NCBI GenBank assembly: GCA_012295275.1
Contig: CM022665.1
Coordinates: 16,058,001-16,122,000 of the forward strand
Source of the DNA: Chrysomallon squamiferum
Taxonomy: Eukaryota; Animalia; Mollusca
Length of the DNA stretch: 64,000 nt
Direction of reading: 5' to 3'
Shown here: positions 13,910 to 28,400 of the stretch, one piece after another
Layout of the letters: every line of letters starts with the position of its first letter
Position numbering within the stretch: position 1 is the stretch's first letter
Program-made: the position numbers and the translations under genes
The notes under the pieces: generated by a model
What the model was told of the DNA's origin: nothing
Database searches by the model: none
Seen by the model: only the letters and a program-made list of their open reading frames with translations

Positions 13910-16900
13910 GGGTTTTTTTTTTTTTCCCCTATTGGAATAATCAAAGTCAAACTGAGAATACCTGATTCAGATGTGGTTTCTTCCTGTGAAAATAATCTTT
14001 TCATGCTTTCCTTTGGTGAACTATCATTTTTCCCTTGAGAATTACCTGTTTGTGTCTTAGTCTTCAAAGGGGTAGAGGTAGCAGAGGGAAATGCTATGAA
14101 AAGTTAATAAAAAAAGGTATCTTATTAATTAGCTAGATTTTTTTTCTTGTTTTAGTTTTACTATGGAAAACATTTCAACAGCACACACACACACATATAC
14201 ACACACATTATATTAAAATTCTGTTTTTAATATTTTAAAAACCATTTGAAACTAATAAGAGTAACAATAGCAAAACAAACCTATAACAACAAAAATAATA
14301 ACTGATAATAATTCATCATCATAATGGTCACAACAATAACAACAAGAATAAATCAAATTAATTAAAATAATTCTTTTTTTAAAATCCCAGCCATAAAATG
14401 GCCACAGATTTACTTACCCCACCAGCATTTGAAGAACATATTTGAGTCACTGTGATTTACATAGGCACTGGCTGCAGGATGAACCAGCAACAGAAAGTCT
14501 GTGACATTAACTAGAAGGTGAAGGTCAGGTGGTGATCCCAGCAGGCTTGAAATAATGGACAGGACTGACATGCTGATATCAGTGGAAAGTGAAGGAAGCT
14601 GTTCCTGTATTCGTTCCTTTTAAACAAAAGAATTAAAAAACAGATATATTTAGACATCTCAAAGTTAAATGGTTATCTGAATAAAATCGGAAAGAGTTTT
14701 ATAAAAATAATAAAGTCATAAATATTTAAAGAAACTGTAAATCCTGATTATCAACATTTATTATCAATTATTATTAGGAACATAATCTTAGTCACCATTA
14801 TCATTATTACCAACAGAATTATCACAACATCACATTATCACCATAACCATAAAATGATCATCAGTATAATGCGAAATGGCAATAACCATCACAATCATAA
14901 AAATAAAAATCTTTAACACTAACTATCATAATCATAATAATTATCATCATCACCATCTGGCTATAATAGTCACTGTCTCACCATCATCATCATCACATCA
15001 CCATCACCAGCACAATCATAATGCTCGTCATAATTGTTTATGGTCAATAATTTGTACTCAATCATTTCCAGATACTAACCAGATATAGAAGAAAAATTTT
15101 CATTAAAATGTTGCTGGCTTTGTACTGTTTGATGTTTATGTTTCGATATGGATGTCCTGGTCGCACCAACACCTTCAGAGTTTGGAACAGCAGTTCAATT
15201 ACACCTTCATCAGCATGGTCCATGATGTGCCAGGACAGCAGCAGTTGTTCTATTATAGCAACATCAGACACTACAGCCTCTGTGCCCAATCGTAGTAGAG
15301 GCCTGGTTGAAGAGGCATCTGGTCGAAAGACAGATTCAGTTGTACAGCTGTTTAAAAATGCCTAGGAAATAAATCAAAGGGGGAAATATATTCATTAACT
15401 TTGGTAAATTCATGAATGAATGAATGAATGAATTATATGTACTATATCTGATATCTGAGAAACACATGCAGAAGAACAAATTCTGTGGGCAGCAGCAAAA
15501 GATCATTTCAAAGCTACACACATGTATCTCCTGTGAAATTTTATCCAACCACCGTTAATGTGAAAGTATTATTGACTCATTCCTAGAAAGCCTTTTCTCA
15601 AATTTCATTTGAAACCTTTAATTACAATATTCAGACCAAAATCTCCACAAACAAATTAGTTAAATAAGCCCACCTTGCCTTGTTTATGTAGCGAGCAAGC
15701 CATCAGTTTTAAATTTGATAGATTGCAGATTCACATCCCATTGTCTGCTTCTAAATAAACATAAATGGGAATGGTAGGAATGTAATGGCTGCTTTTTCTC
15801 TAACAAACCCTCTAACAGACTAACATTAAAACTGACTTGATCAGATAACCCAAAGTTAGGTAGTGTTAAATTATCAATTAATGTTCAAATGTTTAAAATC
15901 ATCCATTGATAACTGACCTTTAGAACCTCAAATCCCATAGTACATCTGGAAGTACATATGATTTTGCCCAGCATGGAGTACCCAGAGAGGTCAACAAACT
16001 CTGCTGCTAATAGAGGCATGTGATGTACTGCAGCAAACAACAGTTGTATTGACCTACTCTGTAGTTTCTCTGCCACAATACTGTCAATATCCATAGTATC
16101 TTCATAAATCTAGATATTATATAAAAATGAATACTGCTGAATTTACAATAAACAAAACAAATGTACATGTGAAATGGAACATTATAGTCTGCTTTGTGTA
16201 AATGGATGGATTTGGTGTGTTATGGTTTTGTCTTTCAAAAATCTGTAAGTTAAATATTTATCTTTTTATTTTATTTTATTTTTTAACCAATCTATAGTAA
16301 ACAAAATTAAAACAAAACTATAAATAAATTTATATATATATAAAAATACCAAAAAAAATAAATAAATAAATAAAACAAATCATAATAAAATAATCAATTT
16401 TTTTTTGGAATTTCAATATTACATATATTATTTTGTAAACCTGTATTTTAAAACTGTTGAAAAAAAAAAAAAAAAAAAAACACACTCACACACACACACA
16501 TTTTTTTATTTATCAGAATACCTTTGCCACAAGGAAGAGAAAGATTCCAATGCCACCAATTTGTTCTATGGCTTTCTCTATGGTGTTGTGTTTCTCTGCT
16601 AACAAAAGGCCACTAATGACTGGAGATAAAACCTCTGGCATTTGATAAATCAGAGGATCCTTTAGAATAATACTATGATTATCCATCTCTAACAAACTGC
16701 TGGAATTCTGATACAGTACTGAATTAGGATATTTTGGCTGGTAGGTCAAAACTGCCAATTTCTGAAATGAATTTTAAAGAATACTATCCATACGTGCAAA
16801 CCATTTTAAGATCAAACTGGATATAAGCTCAAAAAAAATCCTCTCAAAATTTATGTGACATGTAACTAGAAATAAATCACAATTTTGAATGAAACTGAAG

Positions 16901-19900
16901 AAAAAATGTCTGTGTACAGATATCAAAATATCAGATTTTAAAACAATGTCAGTAACATTAATGAAAGTTAAAATAAATTTATGAACAGATTTAATGCACT
17001 GCCTTTTCAGACTGCTTGAAAAGTTAAGTACAAATGCATTAAAATGAACAATTGTTAACCAAATAAATTCCAGAAACTCTTCATAAACACTCAGATATCT
17101 ACTTACTCTGGCTTTTTCCACATCTGAAACTGTCAGAGAACCAACAAGGACATCAATGGACAGTCCAGACTCACAGAAAATGTCTCGAACCAGATGTGGT
17201 GTGTAGACTGCCCGAAGGTCAGCACAGTCACATTTACTGACACTACTCAAGTTTGGACCAAGACACAAATGGTGAAACCACCATTCTTTACTAAAATCAA
17301 CACCTAGAAGAGAAAATATATTTCATAATCAAATTCGCTTTGATTTTTGTATTTAATGATCAGACGTGCATTTGTTTTAATCATTTTGTTATTCTTTTTT
17401 TGGTAATCTATAATCAGTTTAAAACACATCATTACTCTTTAAATAAATAAATTTTGTTTGTTATTATTTTTAAACAAAATGTATCTACTGTTTATAATTT
17501 TTAAAATAATTAATCCTAACAGAAATTACACTATTTATAAATTCATTTAAATTTATAAAAGACTAACCTTTGAAAATCATTAAATTGCCGATGTGATACT
17601 GTCCTTGATCACCAAGATACAGGTTTTCAATATGGCCAAAACATGCAGTGGGAGGAGTTTGGAACTGCTTTTGGTAAGATGATGCAGGATAATCTAACAT
17701 TATTTCTCTTGACAACCAACCATCAATTAAGATATTTAACTATAGAAAAAAAAATAATAATAAAAAATAGAAAATTATTAACTGATATAAATAAATAGCA
17801 GTTTTACTAAATAATAATTAAATACAGAAATAAAATGAATGAATAAAGGAATAAATAAGTAAATATATAAAAAATTAAATTAATAATAATAATAATAATA
17901 AATATTATTGACTAAATGACATTTTTTCATAATGGCACAGTTATTCTACAGTTACTTTCAACCATATCATCATTAAAAAAATTAAACCTTGCCTTGCCAA
18001 TAAGAGTGCTTCCATTCAGACATTCCTCATAACAGAAGACAATGTGCTGCCATTTGCCAGGGGAGAGCACTCTGTCTGAACATTCTTCTTTCAGTATTTC
18101 ATTTTCACTGGTTGTACTGGTTATTCTATAAAATATGTGTTAGACATTGTAAATACTGAAATAAACAACATAAATAAATAAACAAATAAATAAAATATCT
18201 GACTGTATAATAAATATTAATATATATTTTGATTTTATAAACATCAGTAGAAATGCATGTTGTAAATTTGTTGATTTTGTAGATGCATTGTTAAAACAGT
18301 GTTCCATAACACATGCAAAACACTGACTGGATATTTAGGTAAGGATATTTAAGACATTTTTCATTAAGGAAAGAAAAAATATGATTATTTCTTTTGTAGA
18401 ATTACAGCCATATTATGAAATAAAACCAAAGGCCCCCCCCCAAAAAAACCTATGAAATCCATGCCCAGACACCTTCATGTCAAATCTTATAAACACATCA
18501 AATTTGCGTGATATACATATTTTTTTTTTTTTCAAAGTATTTATAACATAACAATCCTGGATTTATTTATTTATTTATTTATTTATTTATATTTTAAATG
18601 TATTTTACTGTTTTTAATGTGCTGTATTCTTTGCAAAGATTAAATTCTGACTTCACATAAAACAATAATAACTTAACAAATAACCTCTGTACTACCTGAA
18701 AATGAATCTTTTCAAAGTCACATCCACCCAGATCTCGAATGTTTTATCCTCTTTGCCCAGTGATATTAAATGTAAACATTTTGTTACAGGGAATTGAACA
18801 TTTGGTCCATCATTCTTCTGTCCACTATTAGCCTCTACATTGGCATCTAAATGAAAAATATTAAACAATATAGTTTTTAATATATACGCTTGCTTCTTAA
18901 TTAGAAGAATATAATCAGTAGATATATGTATACTAAACACTCCCACTCAAATGCAAACACACAAACACATGCATGTATGTGTACACAGATATACATTATA
19001 GATATAATTTTGTTTTTACTAGTGACCAACATTTGTGATATACAATGAATATTTATCTTTTATAGTACTAATTCTTCTATGAAACAATTTGAAGTTTTTA
19101 AAAAATGTTTTAATATTTATTTTAAAAACATAGCCATAAAAAATATACCTTTTCCAAAATACATGTAATAAAACATACATATATATATATATAAACAGAA
19201 AGAAAAAATGTTTACCTGCATTTAAAGAGGAAAATACCAAAGAAGATGAAAATCTGGTAGACATCTTGGACTGTGGTAACTGTGTTGGTTTTGAGCTTTC
19301 ATCAATATTTAACCACAGAGCAATACTAAATCCAATAGGAATTGGTGGCCATGGCAGCCCACTGCTGATAAAACAGTGTACAGCCGACTGACCCCAGGAT
19401 CGTTTTTGACAACAGCAGAGCTGGCTGAGTTTTTCAGTACCTGAAAAAAAAAAAAAAAAAAATTTACAAAAAGTTTAAATTTAAACAAAAAAATAATAAT
19501 AAAAAAATAAACATTTTGTTCACAGAGCAATAATTTGGACCAATATTGTGGTGATTAATATTAATCACTTATGTCATTGTAATATTTTGTTCACTAGAAA
19601 AATACCTGTTGAATCTTTTGGCTTGGGAGGTAATTTCTTTGCCACAGGAAATGTCAGTGTAAAATCTGGAGTCTCTTGAATGTGTTCAACCACATTCATT
19701 AGACTTGAAAGCAAAAATTCCTGTAAAAAAAGAAAATTATTTTCAAGGACTGTCATCTACAACTTTAAAAAAACAACCCAAAAAAACAACCTATATAATG
19801 TACAGATACTGATGATTTTGCTAATGCCTCAAACTGATTTATATTTTTCATCCTTAGCTTTAATTTTCACTCTATTATTTAAATTATCTGAGATTTGGAA

Positions 19901-22900
19901 TCTTAATAACCTATTTCATTTATTTAATAATTAGTTTATGAAAATAAACAAAATTATCAGTGTAAAACTCTATTTTAGAACTAGTTTGTATACTTTAAAA
20001 TTATTCTGAAAAAACAATAATCTTGGTTTTCTGAGATTTTATTTATTTAATATTAGTATTATCAATAATTATTATTATTTATGCCTCCCTCCAACTTAAC
20101 TAACTCTGAAACATACCTTTGTTGATGCAGAATGCTTGGAAAGAAAGAACTGCATGAATGAACTGAGTTCTTGGGGAGTTAACTCTTTTTGAGAAAGCAA
20201 CTGAAAGACTGAGAGTAGAATTTCTTGTATGGTCAGCTCTGAAAATAAACACAAAACAAAAACATGTACAACAGTTCAAAAATTTAACATGAGTAAACAA
20301 TTATGCATTTGATTATCAATTAAAATTAAAATTTATAAATTAAAAAATTCTAAAATCCACCAACTCTTTAAAATATATTAGATAAAATATAAAAAATTAA
20401 TATCATTACCATTTTTTTTAAATAATAATAATATATAAAAAAATAATAATAATAAAAAGTTAAAATGACAACAACATTAGCACAAAAAAAAAAAAAAAAA
20501 AAATAAATAAATAAATAAAAACATCCTAAAAATACAACCATTAGAATCATGTGGATCTTCAATTAGATTTTCTCTGAAACCTTCAAACATTAACTGAAGT
20601 ATGCCCTGTGATAAAGATAAATTATAAAACAATTAGGAATCTTATTTAAGAATCATTTTTTATGGGGCTGAAGTAATTCATAATTTCTTACAAAATAATG
20701 TATTTATGTGCTGTAACGGCCTTTCATACAGAGGTAATTAACAATATTTTAAAACATAAGTTTAACAATCTCATTCCTTTTTAAAATCAGAAAAAAAAAG
20801 AAAAAAAATTACACCTTAGATAAGTCATAAAAATTCAAAACAATCATCTTTTTTGATGTACTCCTTCTTTTCAGGTTTTTAAAATAAAAATTTAAATATT
20901 AAACTACAAAATAATTTGAGACTGACCTCAGAACACACAGCATGCACTGCCAAAGGACTTTTTCGTAGTAGCTGAAGGAAACGCTGCAGCACTGACGTCA
21001 TTATCAACTTTCCTGACTGAGTGTTTTTACAGCTGACAGCCAGTTCCATGAACAGACGGAAGACAGATGGAAAACATTTTGCATTCACTTGACTGTTTTT
21101 CTTCTTACTGAGGTAGACTTCTAAAATGGTGTCAAAATGGATTAATTGAAACAATGAATGAACATTAGTTTAATAACAATTAACATACTTTCATATATGA
21201 TGGTTAATATATTCTTTGTTTTCACATACATGTTATTATGTTATCATTATTATTACTGAAAAACTGATATTGTGGATTTTATTCATTTATTTTTAGACAG
21301 ATGATGTTTTGTTATTATAGCAGTCCTAACTGCAATTGTAGTAGTTGCAGAAGTAGTAGCAGCAGTGGTAGTTGTGGAAATGGTAGCAAAAGTGACAGTA
21401 AAAGTAGTAATAGTAATAGTATCAGTAATAATAAGAACAATAGTAATAATAATAATAAAAGCAGCAGCAGTGGCAGTAGCAATGTCAGTGGTTGTAGTAG
21501 CATCAACAAAGTAGTTGCAGAGTATTACTAAAATTCTAAAACTCCAGAATACTGGTGAAAATAAACATTATTTTAAAAAAAACCTTTTTTCCAGTCAGCT
21601 GACTGTGATATTTCTGTGTCTGCCTCATAACCTTGTTCTGTGTAGACTGTTTCATCATCTCGGTCACTGGGACTCATGTCAAGCAGTCGGAAATCTTCAT
21701 CATCACTGTGGTCATCACTGTCCTGCAAATTCTGAAAAATAAAAATGAAATATTAATGTACAGCTGACAGATAAGGCAACTGAAGACACATAATGACAAT
21801 TATACAAAAAAACAGAAAACAGAACCCTCTATATTTTTATTCTTTTATTTTTTGTAGGATGCTAATGTTATCAGATCAGCAGCAAATATTTTTACAAAGA
21901 TTTAAACTTTTATAGTACATTTATTAAAGACTACCTCAAATACTCCAAAGCTTTACCGTAACAGAAGCTGAACGTTTTAATGTCTGTAAGAAAATATTTT
22001 GTTTAGTATCATGCTGCAGTTTCAGCTAAAGTAAATACTGGCAGGCCACTTTGGTTGGCATTGGAATTACATAAAGCATGGCCAATTACCCCGAAATGGG
22101 TCTATTTTAACACAAATTATCTCCTTTTTTTGAACAGTGTAACAAGTTTATTGAATATCCTTTCTGTACATGTATTACAGACAGAAATACAATTCTCAGG
22201 AAATAATAGTAACAAAACAAAATGGGTGGCCACTTAACAATTTTACCCAACTATATTATAAATATTGTATTAAATTTTAGCACCCACCACCAATACAAAT
22301 TCTTAAAAGAAATGTTCCCTATACTTACAAGCATTGCAATTATCTGGTTGTATGAGTATTCCAAAACAGAGGATAGTTGTGGTTGTGCAGCAGATAACAA
22401 CATCTCAAACACAGCTTTTAGTTTCCCTGGCTCAAGATTAACACAACGTTGTAGAGACTCACGTAACTGACACCAGTGTTTTTCCTCACTGCCCTTCTAC
22501 ACAACAAAAAAAAGGTATAGTTTTAGTAAAAAAATCTGAGATGTAGTAAATGTCTTAATCTAAGTTATAGCTTTCATTGACCTAAACTAATGTTTTTAAC
22601 AAAATTTGATTTTGGCCATTTCATATTGCATTGGTCTAAATCAGTGTTTTAAAAAGAATTTGATTTTGGTTGTTTCAACTTTCTGCCCCATAACGCATAG
22701 ATCTGCATTGGCAAAAGTGGGCATCAAAATACATTGAAAAATATATGAACTAAAATTTTTACAGACTTTTTTATTATGACACATACACAGACACACACGC
22801 ATATAAGCATAAATATACACACATGTACATGTTATAAAGTTACCTTTTGAGTTGGTGAGATAGTTGAACATGAAAAACAGACAATCATGACAGCTTCAAT

Positions 22901-25392
22901 GAAAGCTAGCTGTCTGAGATGGCAGGAGAATGAAATGTTTTGCCTGTTACTGCTTTTCTCACAACATTGGAAAGTAGTCAGTTTGCTCATGCCTGTGAGT
23001 ATGTCCAGCACCAGAAGCAGTGTGTCTTGCACTATGTACAGACAAGGTGAGTTTCGATAGTATGTCTGAAATGTTGGACTGTTCATACATAATTTGGCAC
23101 AGGTTTTCCACATATCCAGCAAGATTGGAATATTTTTCACAATATTTTTGTGATGCTGGAATATGCAGGTTTCATTCTGTTCTTCATCTGTTTGATTCTT
23201 TGATGGATCAGTTTCAGGAATATCATTGTACGAACTGAATCCCAGTCTTTGTAAGTCAGCCATTATCTGACATGTCTTCTTAGCAAGACTTTCTGTAAAC
23301 ATCTGCATTACTGTTCCCCTGCTGTAATCAGAAGTGAACTTCGACACTTCAGGGTCAATGTTTCTTTTCTCTTCTTGCACTTTCTGTTCATCAATCATAA
23401 TCAGTGCTTCAAAAACACTCATGACTGGAGCTCGAAGATGTTCTTCTTCCATGAGTTCAGCCAACCGGGCTAGACCCTTTTTTTCAAGAAAAGCATTCAT
23501 GACAATATCCACTTGGAGGAGATATGGTAAAGCAGACACACAGTACATTAACACACTACTGGAAATAGAAATGTTGCTGGCTTGTTCATCTGATGATGTA
23601 TCAGTTAGTGAAGACAGTGATTCATCAACTGGCCAATGTAAAATCTGCTGATAGATTTTGAAAAACAGTTGTTCTTTGATGTTGTTGTTTCCTCTGATGG
23701 CAAGTACCATCAAGTGTTTTGCAACAGCCAGAGCCAGACTTTCATCTGTTGTAATAATATGTAACTTCAGCAACTGTAGAGGTTGCCATCTTTTCAAAGA
23801 TTTCTGTTTCTTTTCATCTTGAGCTGCTACCACACTTGAAAAACCGCTGTCTATGGCTGTTCCTAAGTCTTGCAAAGAGTCAGGATGACGAAGCTTTGGT
23901 AAATCACCTTCCAGTGAACACAGCTGACAAGATGATCTCAGTGAAGTCTTTTTCCCAAACAAGTCTTCCATCCCAAGAAACTGTTCCAACAAAATCTCAT
24001 TAAGAACTTCCAGACAGAAAGTGTAGACAGGTACAGAGAAAGCTGTAATCATTGGCACCAGCCTTTCAATCAATATTTTTGGCTGCATGCAGCAGCAGAT
24101 GCCAGGAAACCGTAACACAGACAGGAGCTGAATCTGCATTTTCTTAGACTTAGTGCAGCCAAGGACATCAAGCAGAAACATAATCCACTCAGCCACTAAA
24201 CATCTGGATTTAGTATAAGGGATGTTGTGTTTTTCTGCTTTCTCAGTCCCATGAACATCATCAGAAATAAAGGACAAGCCTAATATATCATGATGATGGT
24301 GCAGGTACTGCCTATAGTTGCAGTTTCTATGGTATCGTTTTACACATCTCACAGCATGAATGTAATTGACTTTAACCAGTTTGAGTGTATGTATAAATGA
24401 ACTAACATATTTTAATAGCTCTTCATTCATACCAGCTTCAGAATCAACACCTTCAAACTCAGTCAGTAATATTTTGACAAACTGAAACCCATTACTTTGT
24501 TTAAACTCATTGAGTATACACAGAGCACTGTTAATAAATGACAGATTAAAAGTCAACTGATGAAGTATAACTTCTAGTAAGAGAACGATCCCACAAACAG
24601 TTTCTTGGAAAACCTGTCTTTCCAATTCTGTTAGCTGACATTTCCCATTTTCTTTCTCTGTGTGTTCACCAACTGCAGATGGTTCTAGAAAAGAAGATAC
24701 TGACTTGAGCAACCCATCAACAATTCTGTGGGTCAGTAAAATCTGTATACCATTCTGCTGCATGGCTACAACAGCACTAACAATAAACACCAGATTAACA
24801 AGCTGATTCTGCACAAAAAGAAAGACTTCTCTGCTCCATTTGACACTCTCTTCTGAACCAATATTCATGTCTGGAAGTTGAGACAAGAAATGAAGAAGAT
24901 GAGGTAAAATCACAGATGACATACACTTTCCAGGAGCCATGTTCTCAAGATCAAGAAGGCAGAGATCTTGGAGAACTTGAAGTATCACTAGGCACAGATC
25001 TGCAGAGCTGATGCTCTCCTTCAACCCACTAACACTGGTAAAAGAATCCATTAGGTCTTGATCAGAATCAGATTCATTTTCATTCTGCAGGACAGTCAGT
25101 TTATACACATTAACACGTGATCCTCGTTTTGTTCTTGTATGTCGATGTTTTGGTTTTGTTTTGACACAACTGTTATCTTCAGAGTCTGTGTTTTGTCTCA
25201 TGTTTGTGTTAGAAACACGCTTAAGTATTTTCTTTTTGTCTGCCAAGTGATCATCATGGAAATCAGATTTGTGTTTTCTTTCAACAGAACAGCCGAATGA
25301 CTTCAGTTTGGATAATTTCAGAATAGTTTTGAAACATTTCAGTACTGGTTCATCTAAAATTGATGATGATGATGATGATAATAATAATAATT

Positions 25393-25424
<32 letters not shown>

Positions 25425-28400
25425 ACAATGTTTGTTTCTAAAATATTTTTAACAACACTTGGTTCATCAATAAAAACTATAGATTTATTTTGTATCAAAA
25501 ACATTTTTTTTTTTTCTTAATTTACTATTTACTATTTAATTTTATTTAATCTTTTTTTTTTTACAGGCAAATAATTTTATTTCTTAATTATTTATTTATC
25601 AAGTCATTTGAAAATTGCTGAGTTTTTATTTCAAACATCTGGCATATTACCTAGTACCACAAACAGTATATTATACACATTATAAATTAAACTTTTTACA
25701 CATAAGAAACATTAATATATACATGTTATTCTAAAATGAGATTTAGACTTACACGTTGACTGTGATTCTACCACTGTGTTCACTGCAACCGACTGAAACT
25801 GTTTACACCAAGGCAACAGTGACAGCAGCAGATTGCACAGGTCACGACAGTTGGATAAATTCTGAAAAATACATCAAAACAACATGATAAATAAAACTCT
25901 TGTCTCTTTCTCTCTCTCTCTGTATACAAACACATATATCTCAGACTCTTTTTCAAACTATTATTATTAATAAAAAAATAATTTGTTAATAATATAACAA
26001 AATAAATATAATAATAAAATAAATCAGTAATATTAATAGAAATAGATTTATATATCAAAGAGAAAAGTTCCAATTTCAAAAAATAAAATAAAATAAATTA
26101 AAAACAACAATAATAAACTAAACTAAAATGTATTTATCTGAAACACATTGAAAACTAATGCATATCTGTTTCTTGTCAACAATCTAAGACTTCTAAAATA
26201 GTTTAAGAATTTGTAATTTTTTTATTGTAGAATATTAGTTAAAAGAGAATGACTAATATCTTTAGAATCAGCTTGGGCTAGTAGTTATTTTTTGACAATA
26301 TCCCAATCTATTAATTTTAACTGTGATATTTAAATAAAATTCCTCAGAAATCTGTGTTTCATCATTTAAAAATATTAAAAATGTTTAAATTGTTTGTTTT
26401 GATATTACACTAAAATGTAATTTCTAAAATATTATTTTTCTCTTGTGTGTTTTGTGTATAAATACTAACCTTCACTCCAACATGATGAATGACTTTGAGA
26501 AGCATCCAACCATGACCATGGAGAAGATATTTTTCCAAACCAGAAGCATCACTTTCATCATGGGTATTGTTTGAAATAAACAGTATGTCATTCATAAGCT
26601 CCTGACACAGATGGTTGCAGACATTGTTCATATTGCTGCAGAAGTTAAATAAATTATCTGTAGTATCATCAACATCTAGTGGGTGGAGTTTTTTTTAACA
26701 GAAATGTCTCTATCTTTTGTATTCCAGAAGATACAAAGAATCATTCACACATACACATGAATATACACACCCTCACACACACATATTCAACATATACATA
26801 CTCAGACACATACATGCACACATTACTCTTATCAGTTAATAACAATTTTGTTTTTTATATGCTCGTTTCAACAGAAAACTATTTATCACAGGTCAAACAT
26901 GTGATCAAATACATTTGTATTTGAAAGTATTTAAATACTTTTTATCCAGTATATAACTTCAGTTGCTGTGACATTACATACTAGCATGGTCTGCTCCAGT
27001 TGAGAAAATGTTCAGCAGATGTGGCAAAATCTTTGACCCAAACAGATGTCATTTGACTGGTGAGAGTTTTGAAAATATTATATAATCAACAGATCTCATA
27101 AGCTGATATGGCACATAGTGCTGTAATGTAATGTGATGTGATAGGTGTATCAGAATAAAAAGTAAAGGTAAAACTTGTTCTTTTCATTTGAAATTATTTG
27201 TATTTTACATACTTCCAGAAGTATTTTTAAATAAATATGTTTATGAACGAGCATATTTGTATTTGATCAAAGAAATGTATTTGTATTTAAATACATTTCA
27301 CCTCAATCTCTGATCACAATCTTCAATGAACAAGTCACAGGTACTGGTTGGAACAGGATAAAAGCCAAAGGATTCATCCTGAAATCCATTAAACCTCAGA
27401 TTACTGACATGCAGCAGATTTCCACACACTGTATATAAATTTATAACAAGTCTCTTACCTTAACTGAGGAGGCCCTGCAGAACTATCTGCTATTTCTAGA
27501 AACAATTTCAGAAATTTGTCCAAGACATAACATCGCCTCTGGAAAACAACAATAAAATAAATATGATTGCAGTTAATCTGAAAATTTAACAATGATAATA
27601 ATATAGTTAATATACAGGTTGAGCATCACTTAATATAAATGTTTGGAACCAAAGTATTTTTGGATTTCAAAAGATTTTGGATTTTGGAATACAAGGAGAG
27701 GTGTGGAGAATTGGATGCATGTCTAAATACAAAATAAATTTTTTAAAACATGTGCAACTTGTACATATAATTTACAAGTATAAGTTATAACTATTTTGAA
27801 ATACTAGGTGATAAACCAAAACTGGGATAAAAATCTAAATCTAAAATCCATTTTTATTTGTTGTACATCTTATATCCACATTTTGCATGTAGTTTAAGAT
27901 AAAAAAATAATAATAATAATTTTGTGCACATTAAACCATTCAACAAATATGTGAGATTACTATTTCAGCTAACTGAAAAAGAAAAGAGTTCCAGTTGTCA
28001 GAAATTTTCAGATATGAATCTTTTAAACAACATTTACTAAACACTGTCTCAAATAATCCAAAGCTGTATCTTAAGACAAACTGAAAGTTTTAGTTTTTGT
28101 AATGGTTAAGCAAATACTGTGTAACAACATACTAATACTAATCATGAATTACATCACAAACAAATTTTAATACTAGTATAACCAAACAGATAAAGAATTT
28201 TTTAATTTAATTTTTTTTTAAATGTTTTAAAATTTTGATATACAGGGATTATGAGCCTATAACAACACACAAATGGTAATCTTGAATTGCATAATAAATT
28301 ATACAGAATGATATTAATACTAGTATAACCAAATAGAGAAAATAATTACACAAAGTTTGCTATTTGTTGTTGTTTTTTGTTTCTTTCTTTCTTTACTCTT

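Noticed and set aside
16774-17106. Open frame continuing ~110 codons through LYST intron 16
   Set aside because: A strong GTAAGT donor at 17106 joins in frame to the next exon; the extension has intron-like composition and ends in a stop.
21301-21531. Poly-Leu and Ser/Asn-rich ORFs
   Set aside because: Degenerate trinucleotide microsatellite in an intron; the LYST frame is complete without it.
23020-23651. Plus-strand ORFs of 72 and 105 aa
   Set aside because: Antisense shadows of the large LYST exon.
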